Of a stretch of DNA of 64,000 nt, positions 19,510 through 29,424 are shown in pieces. A program made the translations under genes and the position numbers. How positions within the stretch are numbered: position 1 is the stretch's first letter; each line of letters opens with the position of its first letter. The notes below the pieces were generated by a model, which had not been told where the DNA came from, made no database searches, and worked only from the letters and a program-made list of their open reading frames with translations. This DNA comes from an uncultured Pseudobdellovibrionaceae bacterium (lineage in GTDB: Bacteria; Bdellovibrionota; Bdellovibrionia; Bdellovibrionales; UBA1609). The DNA lies in NCBI GenBank assembly GCA_963803705.1, contig CAWDNU010000004.1, positions 922,403 through 986,402 on the forward strand. The letters are read 5' to 3'.

Positions 19510-21000
19510 TTAAGTTCTAACGTTAACTGAATCTACACTTGTTGTCAGATTTGTAACGAAATCATTTTTTAAACTTTTTGCAGTTTTATCAATTATTTCG
19601 AACATTTTGCTCAGAACGTTTTCGTTTAACCTCAAATGATTCAGTACAAGCCTAATAAAAACTCCGTGCTCTTCAGTAGACGAATAGTTAACTAGTACAA
19701 ATCCTTCTTTTATAAGCTGTCGTCTTAGTTTTTTTTGAAAGATGTCTAAGCTCTTAGGCCCTAAATCTGAATTTGGATCAACGCTCAAGTCTGGGACTTT
19801 AAAACAGATATTTAAGTATTCAGGTTCATGTAAAGCTGTGTACCCGTAATCTTTAATCAGCTGAAGTACGTGTTTTCTCAAACCCATCAAGTTATTGACA
19901 TAGTCTCTGTAACCCTTGTTCCCCAGAAATTTCCAGGTCATCCATAAAGATAGCGAATCAACTTTTCGTCCGCATTGAATCGCTTTAGAACCCGTATCAA
20001 AAAAAGAATCCTCGTCTTCATGAAATATGTATTGTGTGCCAGCACACGAATTGGCTTTTGAAAGCAGGTATTCTTTTTGAGTTATAAATATTGCTTTTGT
20101 TAATGTCCCACCCAAAAGCTTATGGAAGTCAAACGTTACTGAATCGACTCTGTTCAATGCCTTTTGCACCTGTTCATCGGTGAAAACCAAGGGGCCACCC
20201 CATGCGCCATCTACGTGGTGCCACAGCCCAAACTTTTCGCAAGCTGTCTGCACCTCCTGTATGGGATCGACGGCACCAAAAACGGTTGTACCTAACGTGG
20301 ACACAACAAGGGTTGGTGAATATCCATCTGCGATATCTTTTTGAATCAGATCAACTAGCTGTGAAACATCCATTTTAAAATCAGAACCAGAATTTACGCA
20401 CCTGACCTGGTTTTCACCCAAACCCAGTAAATGAGCTGCTTTCTTAACGCTGTAGTGGGCTTGATCGCTGATGTATACAATGTTCTTTTCGCTCTGGCCT
20501 AGGATTTTAACGTCAGGATTCTTTGAAAACCGAGATAAATGCATAGCCATCATGTTAGCGTAGCTTCCACCGGGAACCATTATCCCATCATGAGCAGACC
20601 AGCCCATCAAATCCGACAAGGACTTCAAGATTTGCTTTTCGAACATAGTCGCCATTGGTGCTATCTCAAAGGTGGCCATTGAAGTGTTCATAAACGCATT
20701 TACCCACTCACTTACAACAGCGATCGGATGTGCACCACCATAAAGTTGATTTACAAAATATGGGCTTTGGGTGTTTAAAGCCTGGTCCATGTAGCTTAGT
20801 AAATGAGTTTTAGTCGTTTCCAAAGAGGCTGGCTCATCTGCTAAGTCAAAATCAAATGTGTCAGCCATAGATTGAGCAGGGTTGTAATTAGACACTTTAT
20901 CTTGATCAACTTTTTGGTGAATCTTTTCAAGAATTAAATCTACCCAACCTGAATCTTCTATTTCAGTCCAAAGTTCTTTAAAATCCTTGCCGATCATCAC
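19510..21000 (-). CDS. Group II PLP-dependent decarboxylase, cysteine-sulfinate decarboxylase-like
   Basis: NQLYGG, NTSMATFEIAP, PGGSYANM, AHYS, HVDGAWGG, DFHK (PLP Lys), QCGRKVD. Confidence 0.85.
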   Translation of the reverse strand: MMIGKDFKELWTEIEDSGWVDLILEKIHQKVDQDKVSNYNPAQSMADTFDFDLADEPASLETTKTHLLSYMDQALNTQSPYFVNQLYGGAHPIAVVSEWVNAFMNTSMATFEIAPMATMFEKQILKSLSDLMGWSAHDGIMVPGGSYANMMAMHLSRFSKNPDVKILGQSEKNIVYISDQAHYSVKKAAHLLGLGENQVRCVNSGSDFKMDVSQLVDLIQKDIADGYSPTLVVSTLGTTVFGAVDPIQEVQTACEKFGLWHHVDGAWGGPLVFTDEQVQKALNRVDSVTFDFHKLLGGTLTKAIFITQKEYLLSKANSCAGTQYIFHEDEDSFFDTGSKAIQCGRKVDSLSLWMTWKFLGNKGYRDYVNNLMGLRKHVLQLIKDYGYTALHEPEYLNICFKVPDLSVDPNSDLGPKSLDIFQKKLRRQLIKEGFVLVNYSSTEEHGVFIRLVLNHLRLNENVLSKMFEIIDKTAKSLKNDFVTNLTTSVDSVNVRT

Positions 21001-21494
21001 TGCTCCATTTGCCTATAGATATGTAAACTAATGACTTCATCAGATAGAGCAGACATTTTGTGAATACCTAAAGTGTCGTCAATGTAGTTCCAAGTCCCTT
21101 CACTGATAACGGAGGTCACTTTAGAATCTTGGATTTCAGACCAAGCATTGTGTTTTTTATACTCTGCTTCCAAATCGTTCCATTCAAGCAAACCGTCTTT
21201 AATAGAAAAACCTATAACGCTTGGGATTCTGACTTCCTGAAACTGACCTTTTAAAACGTAAATCCAACATGATTGATTAGGATGGCTGTGAAAAGTTGTA
21301 ACCTGTCCCTTCTTCCAACACGCAAGTACGACCTCGTTTAAATCACCTGCCTTACAAATCACATCTCTGCTGTAGGCTTCATCTTTAAAACTTTTTTTAG
21401 CCCAACACAGATCTTTGATACTAGGTAAAAATTCTGTGATTTTAGATCTGGGGTCCAAATTATGGCTTAAGATTTCACTGAATACCGATTCCAT
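20997..21494 (-). CDS. Cysteine dioxygenase family protein
   Basis: Cupin HSH, CWIYVLKG..E, YIDDTLGIH, terminal SLHIY. Confidence 0.85.
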   Translation of the reverse strand: MESVFSEILSHNLDPRSKITEFLPSIKDLCWAKKSFKDEAYSRDVICKAGDLNEVVLACWKKGQVTTFHSHPNQSCWIYVLKGQFQEVRIPSVIGFSIKDGLLEWNDLEAEYKKHNAWSEIQDSKVTSVISEGTWNYIDDTLGIHKMSALSDEVISLHIYRQMEQ

Positions 21495-21509
21495 AAGATG
21501 TAGATAAGA

Positions 21510-22490
21510 CTATCTATTTCTGTAATAATCAAGTAAAGACGTCAAAGTTCTTGTTAAGCTTTCTTTTTGACAACCTTGTTTTCTATTTTTTACAGCAATT
21601 TCAGCCATTTTCTGCCAATGCCAAAAAATGTCTTTGTAAGCTTTTTCAGTCGAGCACTCTGGATCATATATATGACCTGGTTCAGCGCTTATGCCGTTGA
21701 CCTCCATCACTTTAAAATCGCCTTTTTTTAATGCTTCCAAAGATTTAGCTTTTACATCAAAGCGTCCAAAGTAGAAGTTTGGTAAACTTAAAACGAGCTC
21801 TTCAAAAGTTGACTTTAGCTGGCCATCAATTTCTTTTTCAGCATTTACAAATTTGGTACCACGACAGTGATTACCAATTGGTTCTAGCAGTAAAATTTTA
21901 CCTTTGATTAAGATGCGGTCTAAGTAAGCAGGAAGTTCTTCTTTTTTATAGTATTTTGAAGCTCGTCCATGGTTTTCAAAAAGAGTTTCTAAAGTAGATT
22001 TTCCATCACCCGTTAGCGCCAAGAATTCTTTTTGTACTAATGAAGATACATAAAAAATATTTTCAGTGCGAACTACAAAAACGCCAAGCTCAATTTTATC
22101 GTTTATAAATTCTTGCACAAGATAAGGCTGTTTTGATGTTTTATGATATTTTCTAAACTGGTTAAGGTTTTCAATAAATTGCACTCTGTAGCCTCTTGCA
22201 CCTTTGTCAGGCTTAGCTATAAAAGGATATCTGAAATTGTTTTTTAATATTTCCAATTCCACTGCCGAAAAACTTGTACTATTTAAAACATAAATAGTTT
22301 TAGGCAAAAATTTGTCAGGTACCTGTTCCAACATTTTATATTTTGAATAACCTATAAGGCCACCGTTTTCCATAGAAGGATTTGTCCAGCAAAAGTAATT
22401 TAAAGATCTTAGTTTTATAGCATTTTTGAAATAGACAAAAAGCACCGGCAGGTAAAATAATTGAGATGGCCAAAATTCGTGGTGCAACAC
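21510..22490 (-). CDS. ATP-grasp fold ligase-like protein
   Basis: YPFIAKPDKGARG, YLVQEFI, GRFDVK, MEVNG. Confidence 0.8.
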   Translation of the reverse strand: MLHHEFWPSQLFYLPVLFVYFKNAIKLRSLNYFCWTNPSMENGGLIGYSKYKMLEQVPDKFLPKTIYVLNSTSFSAVELEILKNNFRYPFIAKPDKGARGYRVQFIENLNQFRKYHKTSKQPYLVQEFINDKIELGVFVVRTENIFYVSSLVQKEFLALTGDGKSTLETLFENHGRASKYYKKEELPAYLDRILIKGKILLLEPIGNHCRGTKFVNAEKEIDGQLKSTFEELVLSLPNFYFGRFDVKAKSLEALKKGDFKVMEVNGISAEPGHIYDPECSTEKAYKDIFWHWQKMAEIAVKNRKQGCQKESLTRTLTSLLDYYRNR

Positions 22491-22526
22491 TTTTATATCC
22501 TCTTATGCTTATGTTATATTTCCAGT

Positions 22527-23510
22527 ATGACAGACAATAAACAATACGCAAAAGAACTTATTCATTGGTACAAAGCCCATAACCGCAGACTTCCTTGGAG
22601 AGAGGATCGGAACCCTTACAGAATATGGATTTCTGAAATCATGCTTCAGCAAACTACAACAAAAGCGGTGGTTAGCTATTTCAAAAAATTTATGAATACT
22701 TTTCCCAATGTCAAAACTTTATCAAAAGCTAGCTTAGAGGAAGTCTACGAGCAGTGGGCAGGTCTTGGTTATTATTCTAGGGCCAGAAATGTGCACGCTT
22801 CTTCTAAAATTTTATCGAAAATTAAATTTCCTAAAAGTTACAAAGAACTTTTAGAACTTCCGGGTTTCGGCCCTTACACAGCTAGAGCAGTATCTAGCCA
22901 AGCTTTTGGTGAACAGGTCGGGGTAGTCGATGGTAACGTGATCCGAGTTTATTGTCGGATTTTTAACTTTAACAAAGCGTGGTGGAATACTTCCACTCAC
23001 AAGCAAATACAAAATTGGGCAGATCAATTGAGCCAATTGGCTAACCCATCTGATCTTAATCAAGCACTTATGGAACTGGGTGCTACTTTGTGCACCCCAA
23101 AATCACCTGCATGTCTGTTATGCCCTTGGAGTGAACACTGCCAGGCTTTTGCCAACCAAACTCAGGATTCGGTACCGCTTTCAAGGCCAAAAAAGACCAA
23201 AGAGATTTGGATTTGGACACCAGAGATTTATAGAAATAAGAAAAGTGAATTTATGCTGGTAGAAAATAACGACGTTTTATTTTTATCCAATAAGTGGGTT
23301 TTCCCCGGTCCAGCTATTCAGGTCACAACAAAGCCAAAAAAATTTACATACAAACACAATATCACTCACCACGAAATTTACGTTCTAGTACAACCCAAAA
23401 AATCTCTGCCCGCTGGTGGCTTTGATAAGATGATATTCGTTAAGCAAGAGGATTTATCCAAGAAATCTCCATTTTCGCTGATGAAGAAGGCTTTAGCCCA
23501 CTTACAATAA
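22527..23510 (+). CDS. mutY: A/G-specific adenine glycosylase
   Basis: WISEIMLQQT, GLGYYSRARN, LPGFGPYTA, VDGNV, C-x6-C-x2-C-x5-C FeS motif; ATG 22527 preferred over TTG 22461. Confidence 0.95.
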   Translation: MTDNKQYAKELIHWYKAHNRRLPWREDRNPYRIWISEIMLQQTTTKAVVSYFKKFMNTFPNVKTLSKASLEEVYEQWAGLGYYSRARNVHASSKILSKIKFPKSYKELLELPGFGPYTARAVSSQAFGEQVGVVDGNVIRVYCRIFNFNKAWWNTSTHKQIQNWADQLSQLANPSDLNQALMELGATLCTPKSPACLLCPWSEHCQAFANQTQDSVPLSRPKKTKEIWIWTPEIYRNKKSEFMLVENNDVLFLSNKWVFPGPAIQVTTKPKKFTYKHNITHHEIYVLVQPKKSLPAGGFDKMIFVKQEDLSKKSPFSLMKKALAHLQ

Positions 23511-23553
23511 TGAAAAAGATAAATCCTTGGATTTTTTAAACTAGCGAAGTAAC

Positions 23554-24099
23554 ATGGTAAGGGTGAATCTACTAAAACTATTTATTTTTTACATTCAATT
23601 AGCGTCGGGTACGACTCCTCCGTTAAATTTTTCAGATCTGGCAAGAGAGCCTAAAACCGTGTACTTCGGTGATCTAAATTTTAAAATACACGCCGATAAC
23701 ACAGACTGGTATCAAATTCCCGCAGACAAAATAAAATCGAAGACTGTTCAGGCAGAATTCAGGAGTCTTGATGAGCTGCAACCTGGACGCTTGACTGTTC
23801 GTTCTGAATCCATCAAAAAAAATCTGCGGTTATCCGAATATATTCGTAGATCTGCTAAAGATTATCGTCGATTTGGCTTTAAAGTATTAGATTTACGCCC
23901 ATTGGTGATCAACAAAAATCAGGCCTTTCTTCTAGATTTAACTAAGGAAGATTCGCTATTGCAGACCAGGCAAATCTTATTCAAGCAAAAATCGAACATT
24001 GTCATTCTGACTTGCACAGGTGATCAAGTAAAATTCCAATCTGATCTAAAATCTTGTAACCAAATTGCACGAAATTTTAAGTGGACATCTTTAGATTGA
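23554..24099 (+). CDS. Hypothetical exported protein (PsbP/DcrB-like fold possible)
   Basis: 181-aa ORF with hydrophobic N-terminus; the fold guess is weak. Confidence 0.55.
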   Translation: MVRVNLLKLFIFYIQLASGTTPPLNFSDLAREPKTVYFGDLNFKIHADNTDWYQIPADKIKSKTVQAEFRSLDELQPGRLTVRSESIKKNLRLSEYIRRSAKDYRRFGFKVLDLRPLVINKNQAFLLDLTKEDSLLQTRQILFKQKSNIVILTCTGDQVKFQSDLKSCNQIARNFKWTSLD

Positions 24100-24116
24100 T
24101 TTAAAGTAGCAAAAAT

Positions 24117-24433
24117 TACAGTGTTTCTCTTCACTTTATATTTATAGAATTTTAATTCACTATAACTTAATAGAATAAGCCCTTATATTTTCAATATATC
24201 TAAGTGTTAAAAGCGAGTTCTTTGGCGTGAAGGTTTGCAAATTGATAAATTAAAAAAAAACAAATGAGGATCACCTAAATTAGGTCTGCAGAGTACAGGT
24301 CAACCTTGCAAACCGAATGACAATGCTTGTTTGAGTATTTTAACACTTAGATATATTGAAAATATAAGGGCTTATTCTATTAAGTTATAGTGAATTAAAA
24401 TTCTATAAATATAAAGTGAAGAGAAACACTGTA
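24117..24433 (+). repeat. Long fold-back element, copy 1
   Basis: Perfect 96-bp inverted arms 24117-24212 / 24338-24433 around a 125-nt loop containing CGAGTTCTTTGGCGTGAAGGTTTGC ... GCAAACCGAATGACAATGCTTGTTTGAGT. Confidence 0.95.
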
Positions 24434-24454
24434 TTATTTTTACTTCAGCACAAA

Positions 24455-26089
24455 CTAAGAAAAGAAAAAGTTTTTAAGCTTTTGAAGTACGCCTGTTTTT
24501 TCGTTAGAGACTCTTTTTCTAGTTGTAAAACCTTTGTATCTGTCAGACTTATAAGCCTTCTTTTTTCTTGCAGCAGCACCATTGGTAGAACCCGTTCTTT
24601 TAAAGTCTTTATTGTTGTTTACGATATTAGCTGGTTCAACGCCTTTAGCTTTGTAAGGCTTGCCTGAACGACTCTTATCAACACTAGTTTTATCGTAAGG
24701 CTTATCAAACCGTTTACCCTTATAATTAGATTTGGCCGAACGACCATCTTTATTGTCGAAACGCTTATAATTTTTGTCTCTGGTGTTGTTACGTACCTTC
24801 GAAAATTCGCCAGTGGGATCATAACTAAAATCGAAAGGTTTAAACTTCAAAGTTAAGTCTTCACTTTCCATCCAGGCTATATCTAACTTATTGCCAACAT
24901 ACTCTTGGATTCGATCTAAGGCTGTTACATCTTTTTCAGATGCTAAACTAAAAGCCTTACCCTTAGAGCCTGCTCTTCCAGTTCGCCCGATGCGGTGGAC
25001 ATAGTTTTCAGCATCGTCAGGTAGTTCGTAGTTTATAACAACATCCACGCCTTCAACATCTAAACCACGTGCAGCTACGTCTGTAGCTACCAAAACTTTG
25101 ACCTCGCCCTCTTTAAATTGTGTCATGACTCGCTGACGCTGATTCTGGTTTAAAGAGCTTGATATTCCTAAAGACTTTATATCATTTTCTCTTAGAAATT
25201 TTTCGATCTTTGGGACATTACGTTTAAAATTGCTAAAAATAATTGCTTGATCAGGGTTATGTTTTTTAATCAGTGATAGTAAAAACATCGGTTTTTCGTT
25301 GCTACCGACGTGTAAAACTGCGTCTTCAACATTTTCAGCTCGAGCTTGATCTTTATCAATATTAATTTCAATGGGCTCAGACCCAAACTCGTAAGCCACG
25401 TTTAAAACATCAAAGTTCATAGTAGCACTAAACATTAAAAGTTGACGGTCTGTAGGTATGCGCTGAAGTAGGTAAACCATGTCGTCTTTAAAACCCATAT
25501 CAAACATTCTATCGGCTTCGTCAAATATACAGGCTTTTACAAAGCTTAAATCTACTTTTTTCTCTTTGTAAAGATCAATAAGTCGACCAGGTGTTGCTAC
25601 GATAAAATCAACGCCTGACTGTATCTTTGAAATCTGTTCATCATACTCTTTCCCGCCAATAACCACAGCAGAGGTCAGTTTTCCGCAACTAAACATGCGA
25701 ATATTTTCGTCAATTTGATCCGCAAGTTCCCGGGTAGGAACTAAAATTAAACAAAAGTTTCTTTTCCCCCAAGAATCAAATGCATGCTCTGGATGAGTTC
25801 CGTTAATACTGGATAACATTCGTTGAATCACAGGAAGCAAGAATGCCGCAGTTTTCCCAGTTCCAGTTTGAGCTAATCCTGCTACGTCTTTTTTATCTAA
25901 AATTAATGGGATGGCCTCATTTTGAATAGGCGTAGGGATTTCGTAACCAGCGTCAATCAGTGCTTTTTGCAGCTCTTCTTCAAAAGGAAAGCTATTAAAA
26001 CTTTTAATGTCTACTGATGTTTCGATGGTCGCAACCGGTTGATCTGAAACGGACTGATCTTGCTCTTCGCTCTTTACATTTTCACTCAT
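24455..26089 (-). CDS. DEAD-box RNA helicase (RhlB/RhlE-like)
   Basis: Q motif PTPIQ, AQTGTGKT, PTRELA, DEAD, SAT, HRIGRTGR; basic C-terminal tail. Confidence 0.95.
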   Translation of the reverse strand: MSENVKSEEQDQSVSDQPVATIETSVDIKSFNSFPFEEELQKALIDAGYEIPTPIQNEAIPLILDKKDVAGLAQTGTGKTAAFLLPVIQRMLSSINGTHPEHAFDSWGKRNFCLILVPTRELADQIDENIRMFSCGKLTSAVVIGGKEYDEQISKIQSGVDFIVATPGRLIDLYKEKKVDLSFVKACIFDEADRMFDMGFKDDMVYLLQRIPTDRQLLMFSATMNFDVLNVAYEFGSEPIEINIDKDQARAENVEDAVLHVGSNEKPMFLLSLIKKHNPDQAIIFSNFKRNVPKIEKFLRENDIKSLGISSSLNQNQRQRVMTQFKEGEVKVLVATDVAARGLDVEGVDVVINYELPDDAENYVHRIGRTGRAGSKGKAFSLASEKDVTALDRIQEYVGNKLDIAWMESEDLTLKFKPFDFSYDPTGEFSKVRNNTRDKNYKRFDNKDGRSAKSNYKGKRFDKPYDKTSVDKSRSGKPYKAKGVEPANIVNNNKDFKRTGSTNGAAARKKKAYKSDRYKGFTTRKRVSNEKTGVLQKLKNFFFS

Positions 26090-26099
26090 GGTTTAAGCT

Positions 26100-26924
26100 T
26101 TAACTTAATTCGCGCAAGAACTTCAAGACATATTGTGAGAAAACCTTCGGGGCTTGATAATGAATCCAGTGCCCAACATTTGGGACAACTGCAGTTTTCA
26201 CGCTCGGCAAAGACCCCTTCATAAGATCTAGTGTTTCAGACGACAAATGTTTAGAAAGCGCGCCCTTCACAACAAAAGTTGGAACTTCGATGCACTTAAA
26301 CTCTGACCACCTAGGCTTGAGACCACTTTCTAAAGTTTCTAAAATACCAGGCAAGTAAAAGCGCCATGTGATTTCCCCGTCAGAGTTTCTAGCTAAATTA
26401 GCTTTTAAAAAGTTAGCCATAACTGACTTTTGTGTGTCATCTGCCGAAGTTTTAACTTTAAATTCAGATTCAAAGAATAAATCCATCTTTGACTTAGATT
26501 CAAAAGGAACAGGAATGCTTAAAATCATTTGTTGAGTGGCTAAAGTCGAGGTGTTCTCTGGGTTAGGCCCCATATCTTCTATAGTTAAAGATAAGACTCG
26601 CCCCGGATATTTGACCGTAAAAGTCTGTGCTGTTCTTGCTCCCATAGAATGGCCTATTAGATGCGCACGCTCTATCTGCAAATCATCTAAAATCTCTGCT
26701 AAATCTTCAGCATAATCTTCAGGTTGGTAGCCAGACTCTGGATGAAATGATCGCCCGTGACCTCTTTGGTCATAAGTGATGATGTGGTAGTCATTTTCAA
26801 AAAACTTTATAATAGGGCCCCAGTTGAGTCCCCAGCCCAGTAGACCGTGAATGAACACTAGACTAGTGGCATTTTCTTTCTCAAGACCGTATTCACGAAT
26901 GAAAAACTTATCAGATGCTGTCAT
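26100..26924 (-). CDS. Alpha/beta hydrolase (YbfF-like esterase)
   Basis: HGLLG, DQRGHGRS, GHSMG, GHWIH; ATG 26924 preferred over 27038. Confidence 0.85.
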   Translation of the reverse strand: MTASDKFFIREYGLEKENATSLVFIHGLLGWGLNWGPIIKFFENDYHIITYDQRGHGRSFHPESGYQPEDYAEDLAEILDDLQIERAHLIGHSMGARTAQTFTVKYPGRVLSLTIEDMGPNPENTSTLATQQMILSIPVPFESKSKMDLFFESEFKVKTSADDTQKSVMANFLKANLARNSDGEITWRFYLPGILETLESGLKPRWSEFKCIEVPTFVVKGALSKHLSSETLDLMKGSLPSVKTAVVPNVGHWIHYQAPKVFSQYVLKFLRELS

Positions 26925-27058
26925 ATCTGCTTTAATAAAGCGTGTTTGTATCGTAGATGTCAATTTAGCCTTGTCAAAAAAAATAGAGCGATCTATGAAC
27001 ATAGAGACCTGCCTGTTTCGGGTCCCCAAAAAATTCAACTCAGCATGGAGCCCATAGA

Positions 27059-28288
27059 TTGAACTCGAAGCTAAATCAAAAAGGGATTGACCACCGGGCC
27101 CTGGGAATTGTCAAAAAGCTACAAAAAGGTGGGTTTGAAACATACCTTGTAGGCGGATGCGTCCGCGACCTACTCTTGGGTTTAGAGCCTAAAGACTACG
27201 ACATCGCCACAACAGCTCGCCCAAGGCAGGTTAAAAAATTAGTAAGAAACGCTTTTATCATTGGTCGTCGTTTCAGACTTGTCCTGGCTAAAGAAGGCGA
27301 AGATCAATTTGAGATCTCTACTTTTAGAAGAAATCCGTCGGCTGAAGAACAAGATGATCCAGACATTAGTGACGACAATCTTTTTGGAACTAGCCATCAA
27401 GATGCTCACCGTAGGGACTTTACAATTAACTCGTTATTTTATGATCCCGTTGCCGAAAAGATAATTGATCATACGGGCAGCGGTGTAGCTGATCTGAAGA
27501 ACAGAATAATCAGAATGATTGGGGACCCAGCCGTAAGGCTTCCTGAAGACCCGATTCGTATTCTGAGGGCCATCAGGTTCGCCCACAAAACGAATTGTGA
27601 AATGACTTACGACCTTAAACTTGCAGTTAGTAAGTATTCTAAAACCGTAGAAACTACTGCACTGCCTAGACGACGTGAAGAGATTTTAAAATTTTTAAGA
27701 TTAAAGTCACCTGAGTCTGTATTTTATCAACTTTTCGATCTAGGTTTACTTAACGATTTAGCTCCTGGACTAATACCTGTTTTTGAAAGTGATTTAGCTG
27801 GGTGCTACTTCAGACAAATTTTGTCCAAACTAGATGTCAAAACAAGGCAAGAGTGCGAGCCTTACGAGCTGTTTTTAAGCCTTATTCTGCCAATGATCTT
27901 TCTGAACTACAAACCAGAGCAAGGTAAAGACTGGTTTGAAGAAGAAGCCAATGTTAATATTTTGAAAAACGAGCTTGGTTTGTTTAATACCGAAGTACAT
28001 GTGTTAAATCAAGCACTTAAGTGTCTTCCCTTGGTCTTTGAGTTTGATAAATACCTAACTTTCAGAGACAGGCAAAAAGTTGATTTTTTAAATCAAAAAA
28101 GTTTCGCAGAAGCCCTGAACGTTGCATATCTTTGTGATTTGATTAGCCTTAGCGAAATCAGTCAATGGTCCAGAGAGTTTGTTAACTATCCGCAGGAAAA
28201 TGCCGAAGTAGAATCAGGTACTAGAAACAGGACACGAAGAAAGAAAAAGGCTGCTCCAAAGAAAAAATTGGAACCTAAAGAAAACTAA
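27059..28288 (+). CDS. pcnB: Poly(A) polymerase I / CCA-family nucleotidyltransferase
   Basis: VGGCVRD, PKDYDIAT, IIGRRFRL (PAP-type signature), RRDFTIN, EDPIRILRA. Confidence 0.88.
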   Translation: MNSKLNQKGIDHRALGIVKKLQKGGFETYLVGGCVRDLLLGLEPKDYDIATTARPRQVKKLVRNAFIIGRRFRLVLAKEGEDQFEISTFRRNPSAEEQDDPDISDDNLFGTSHQDAHRRDFTINSLFYDPVAEKIIDHTGSGVADLKNRIIRMIGDPAVRLPEDPIRILRAIRFAHKTNCEMTYDLKLAVSKYSKTVETTALPRRREEILKFLRLKSPESVFYQLFDLGLLNDLAPGLIPVFESDLAGCYFRQILSKLDVKTRQECEPYELFLSLILPMIFLNYKPEQGKDWFEEEANVNILKNELGLFNTEVHVLNQALKCLPLVFEFDKYLTFRDRQKVDFLNQKSFAEALNVAYLCDLISLSEISQWSREFVNYPQENAEVESGTRNRTRRKKKAAPKKKLEPKEN

Positions 28289-28326
28289 GGTAATGTTCGT
28301 TTCAACACAGCTTGGAGGATACATAT

Positions 28327-28581
28327 ATGTTGGGTCACTGGGAGCTTTTAGCTTTAGGAGTTATTTTTATACTTTTATTTGTCGGTCCAAAAAAATTACC
28401 CGGCTTTGGAAAATCCTTAGGCGAATCCATTCGCGGCTTTAAAAAAGCAATGAAAGAAGACGATACTTTAGATGTCACAGACTCTGCCAAACACGAACAG
28501 ATTGAAGACCAAAAAGCTGAAGGCAAGAAGTCTGAAGGCAAAAAATCTTCAGAAAAAAAATCCGAAAAAGATCACGCTTGA
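28327..28581 (+). CDS. tatA: Twin-arginine translocase TatA/E
   Basis: N-terminal TM, GPKKLP, GKSLGESIRGFKKA; GGAGG SD. Confidence 0.92.
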   Translation: MLGHWELLALGVIFILLFVGPKKLPGFGKSLGESIRGFKKAMKEDDTLDVTDSAKHEQIEDQKAEGKKSEGKKSSEKKSEKDHA

Positions 28582-28623
28582 TCAGTGCGCTTTTTTATAA
28601 GCCAGGAAACGATCATTCAGATT

Positions 28624-29406
28624 TCAAAAATTCTTCTTATCTAGATTTTCGATACAAGAATCTTTTTCGAACTGAAGTGGATTTTCGATAAAGCAGTAGT
28701 CGGCTATAATTGATTCAGCTAAACTTTCATATCTAGAAATATTGTCAGCTAAAATCACATCTCTTTTAAAAATTTTTCTATCCCTTATTAACTCAACAGA
28801 TGCTGAGATACCATCTGCTTTAGATAGGGCATCATAAATTTGAATTAGATCCAGCACCCTTGTCCCATTGACTTTCAAAAGCACATCATCCTGTACAAAA
28901 GCACCGTTGGATTTAATCTCTTCGATTTGGACGCCGCCTTTAAAGTCACTAACAAAATCTTTAATCAATTCTGGTTTGATCTCTCTGTAAGATACGACTT
29001 GAGGGAAATTTTTAAATTCATTGTCACATCTAAAACCAACCATATAAGCGGGATAGGTCTTATAAGTGTCGTAATTATAAAAACCACCATTCGAGGTCAC
29101 TCCTAGCTCTGGACTTCTAAATGTTTTGCTTAAGTCTACTGAATCAGTGAGCAAAATCAATTTTTTACCCAATTTTTGGCAATACTCTAAAGCAGCAAAT
29201 TTGGTGTAGATTTTTGCCCTAGATTTTAAAGTCCTTGGGTTACCCAAATAACTTGCAATGTGACTGTAGTAAGGGATTTTGGCTTCAGAAGGAACTTCCT
29301 TTATACTGTAACCAAACCCACTTCCAGTTCGGTGAGATGGCACATGACCTGTGGCACATCCTGACACCAGAATTGTTAGAATTAAATATTTCACAAAAAA
29401 CTCCAT
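28624..29406 (-). CDS. Putative lipoprotein with C-terminal PDZ-like domain
   Basis: LVSGC lipobox; GGVQIEEI...DDVLLKVNG...VELIRD. Confidence 0.65.
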   Translation of the reverse strand: MEFFVKYLILTILVSGCATGHVPSHRTGSGFGYSIKEVPSEAKIPYYSHIASYLGNPRTLKSRAKIYTKFAALEYCQKLGKKLILLTDSVDLSKTFRSPELGVTSNGGFYNYDTYKTYPAYMVGFRCDNEFKNFPQVVSYREIKPELIKDFVSDFKGGVQIEEIKSNGAFVQDDVLLKVNGTRVLDLIQIYDALSKADGISASVELIRDRKIFKRDVILADNISRYESLAESIIADYCFIENPLQFEKDSCIENLDKKNF

Positions 29407-29424
29407 CTAAGTAATTTATCCAAA

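Noticed and set aside
24117..24433. Fold-back elements as ordinary terminators or classical MITEs
   Set aside because: Arms are far too long and AT-rich for terminators, and termini are not conserved between copies while the interior boxes are; no target-site duplication seen.
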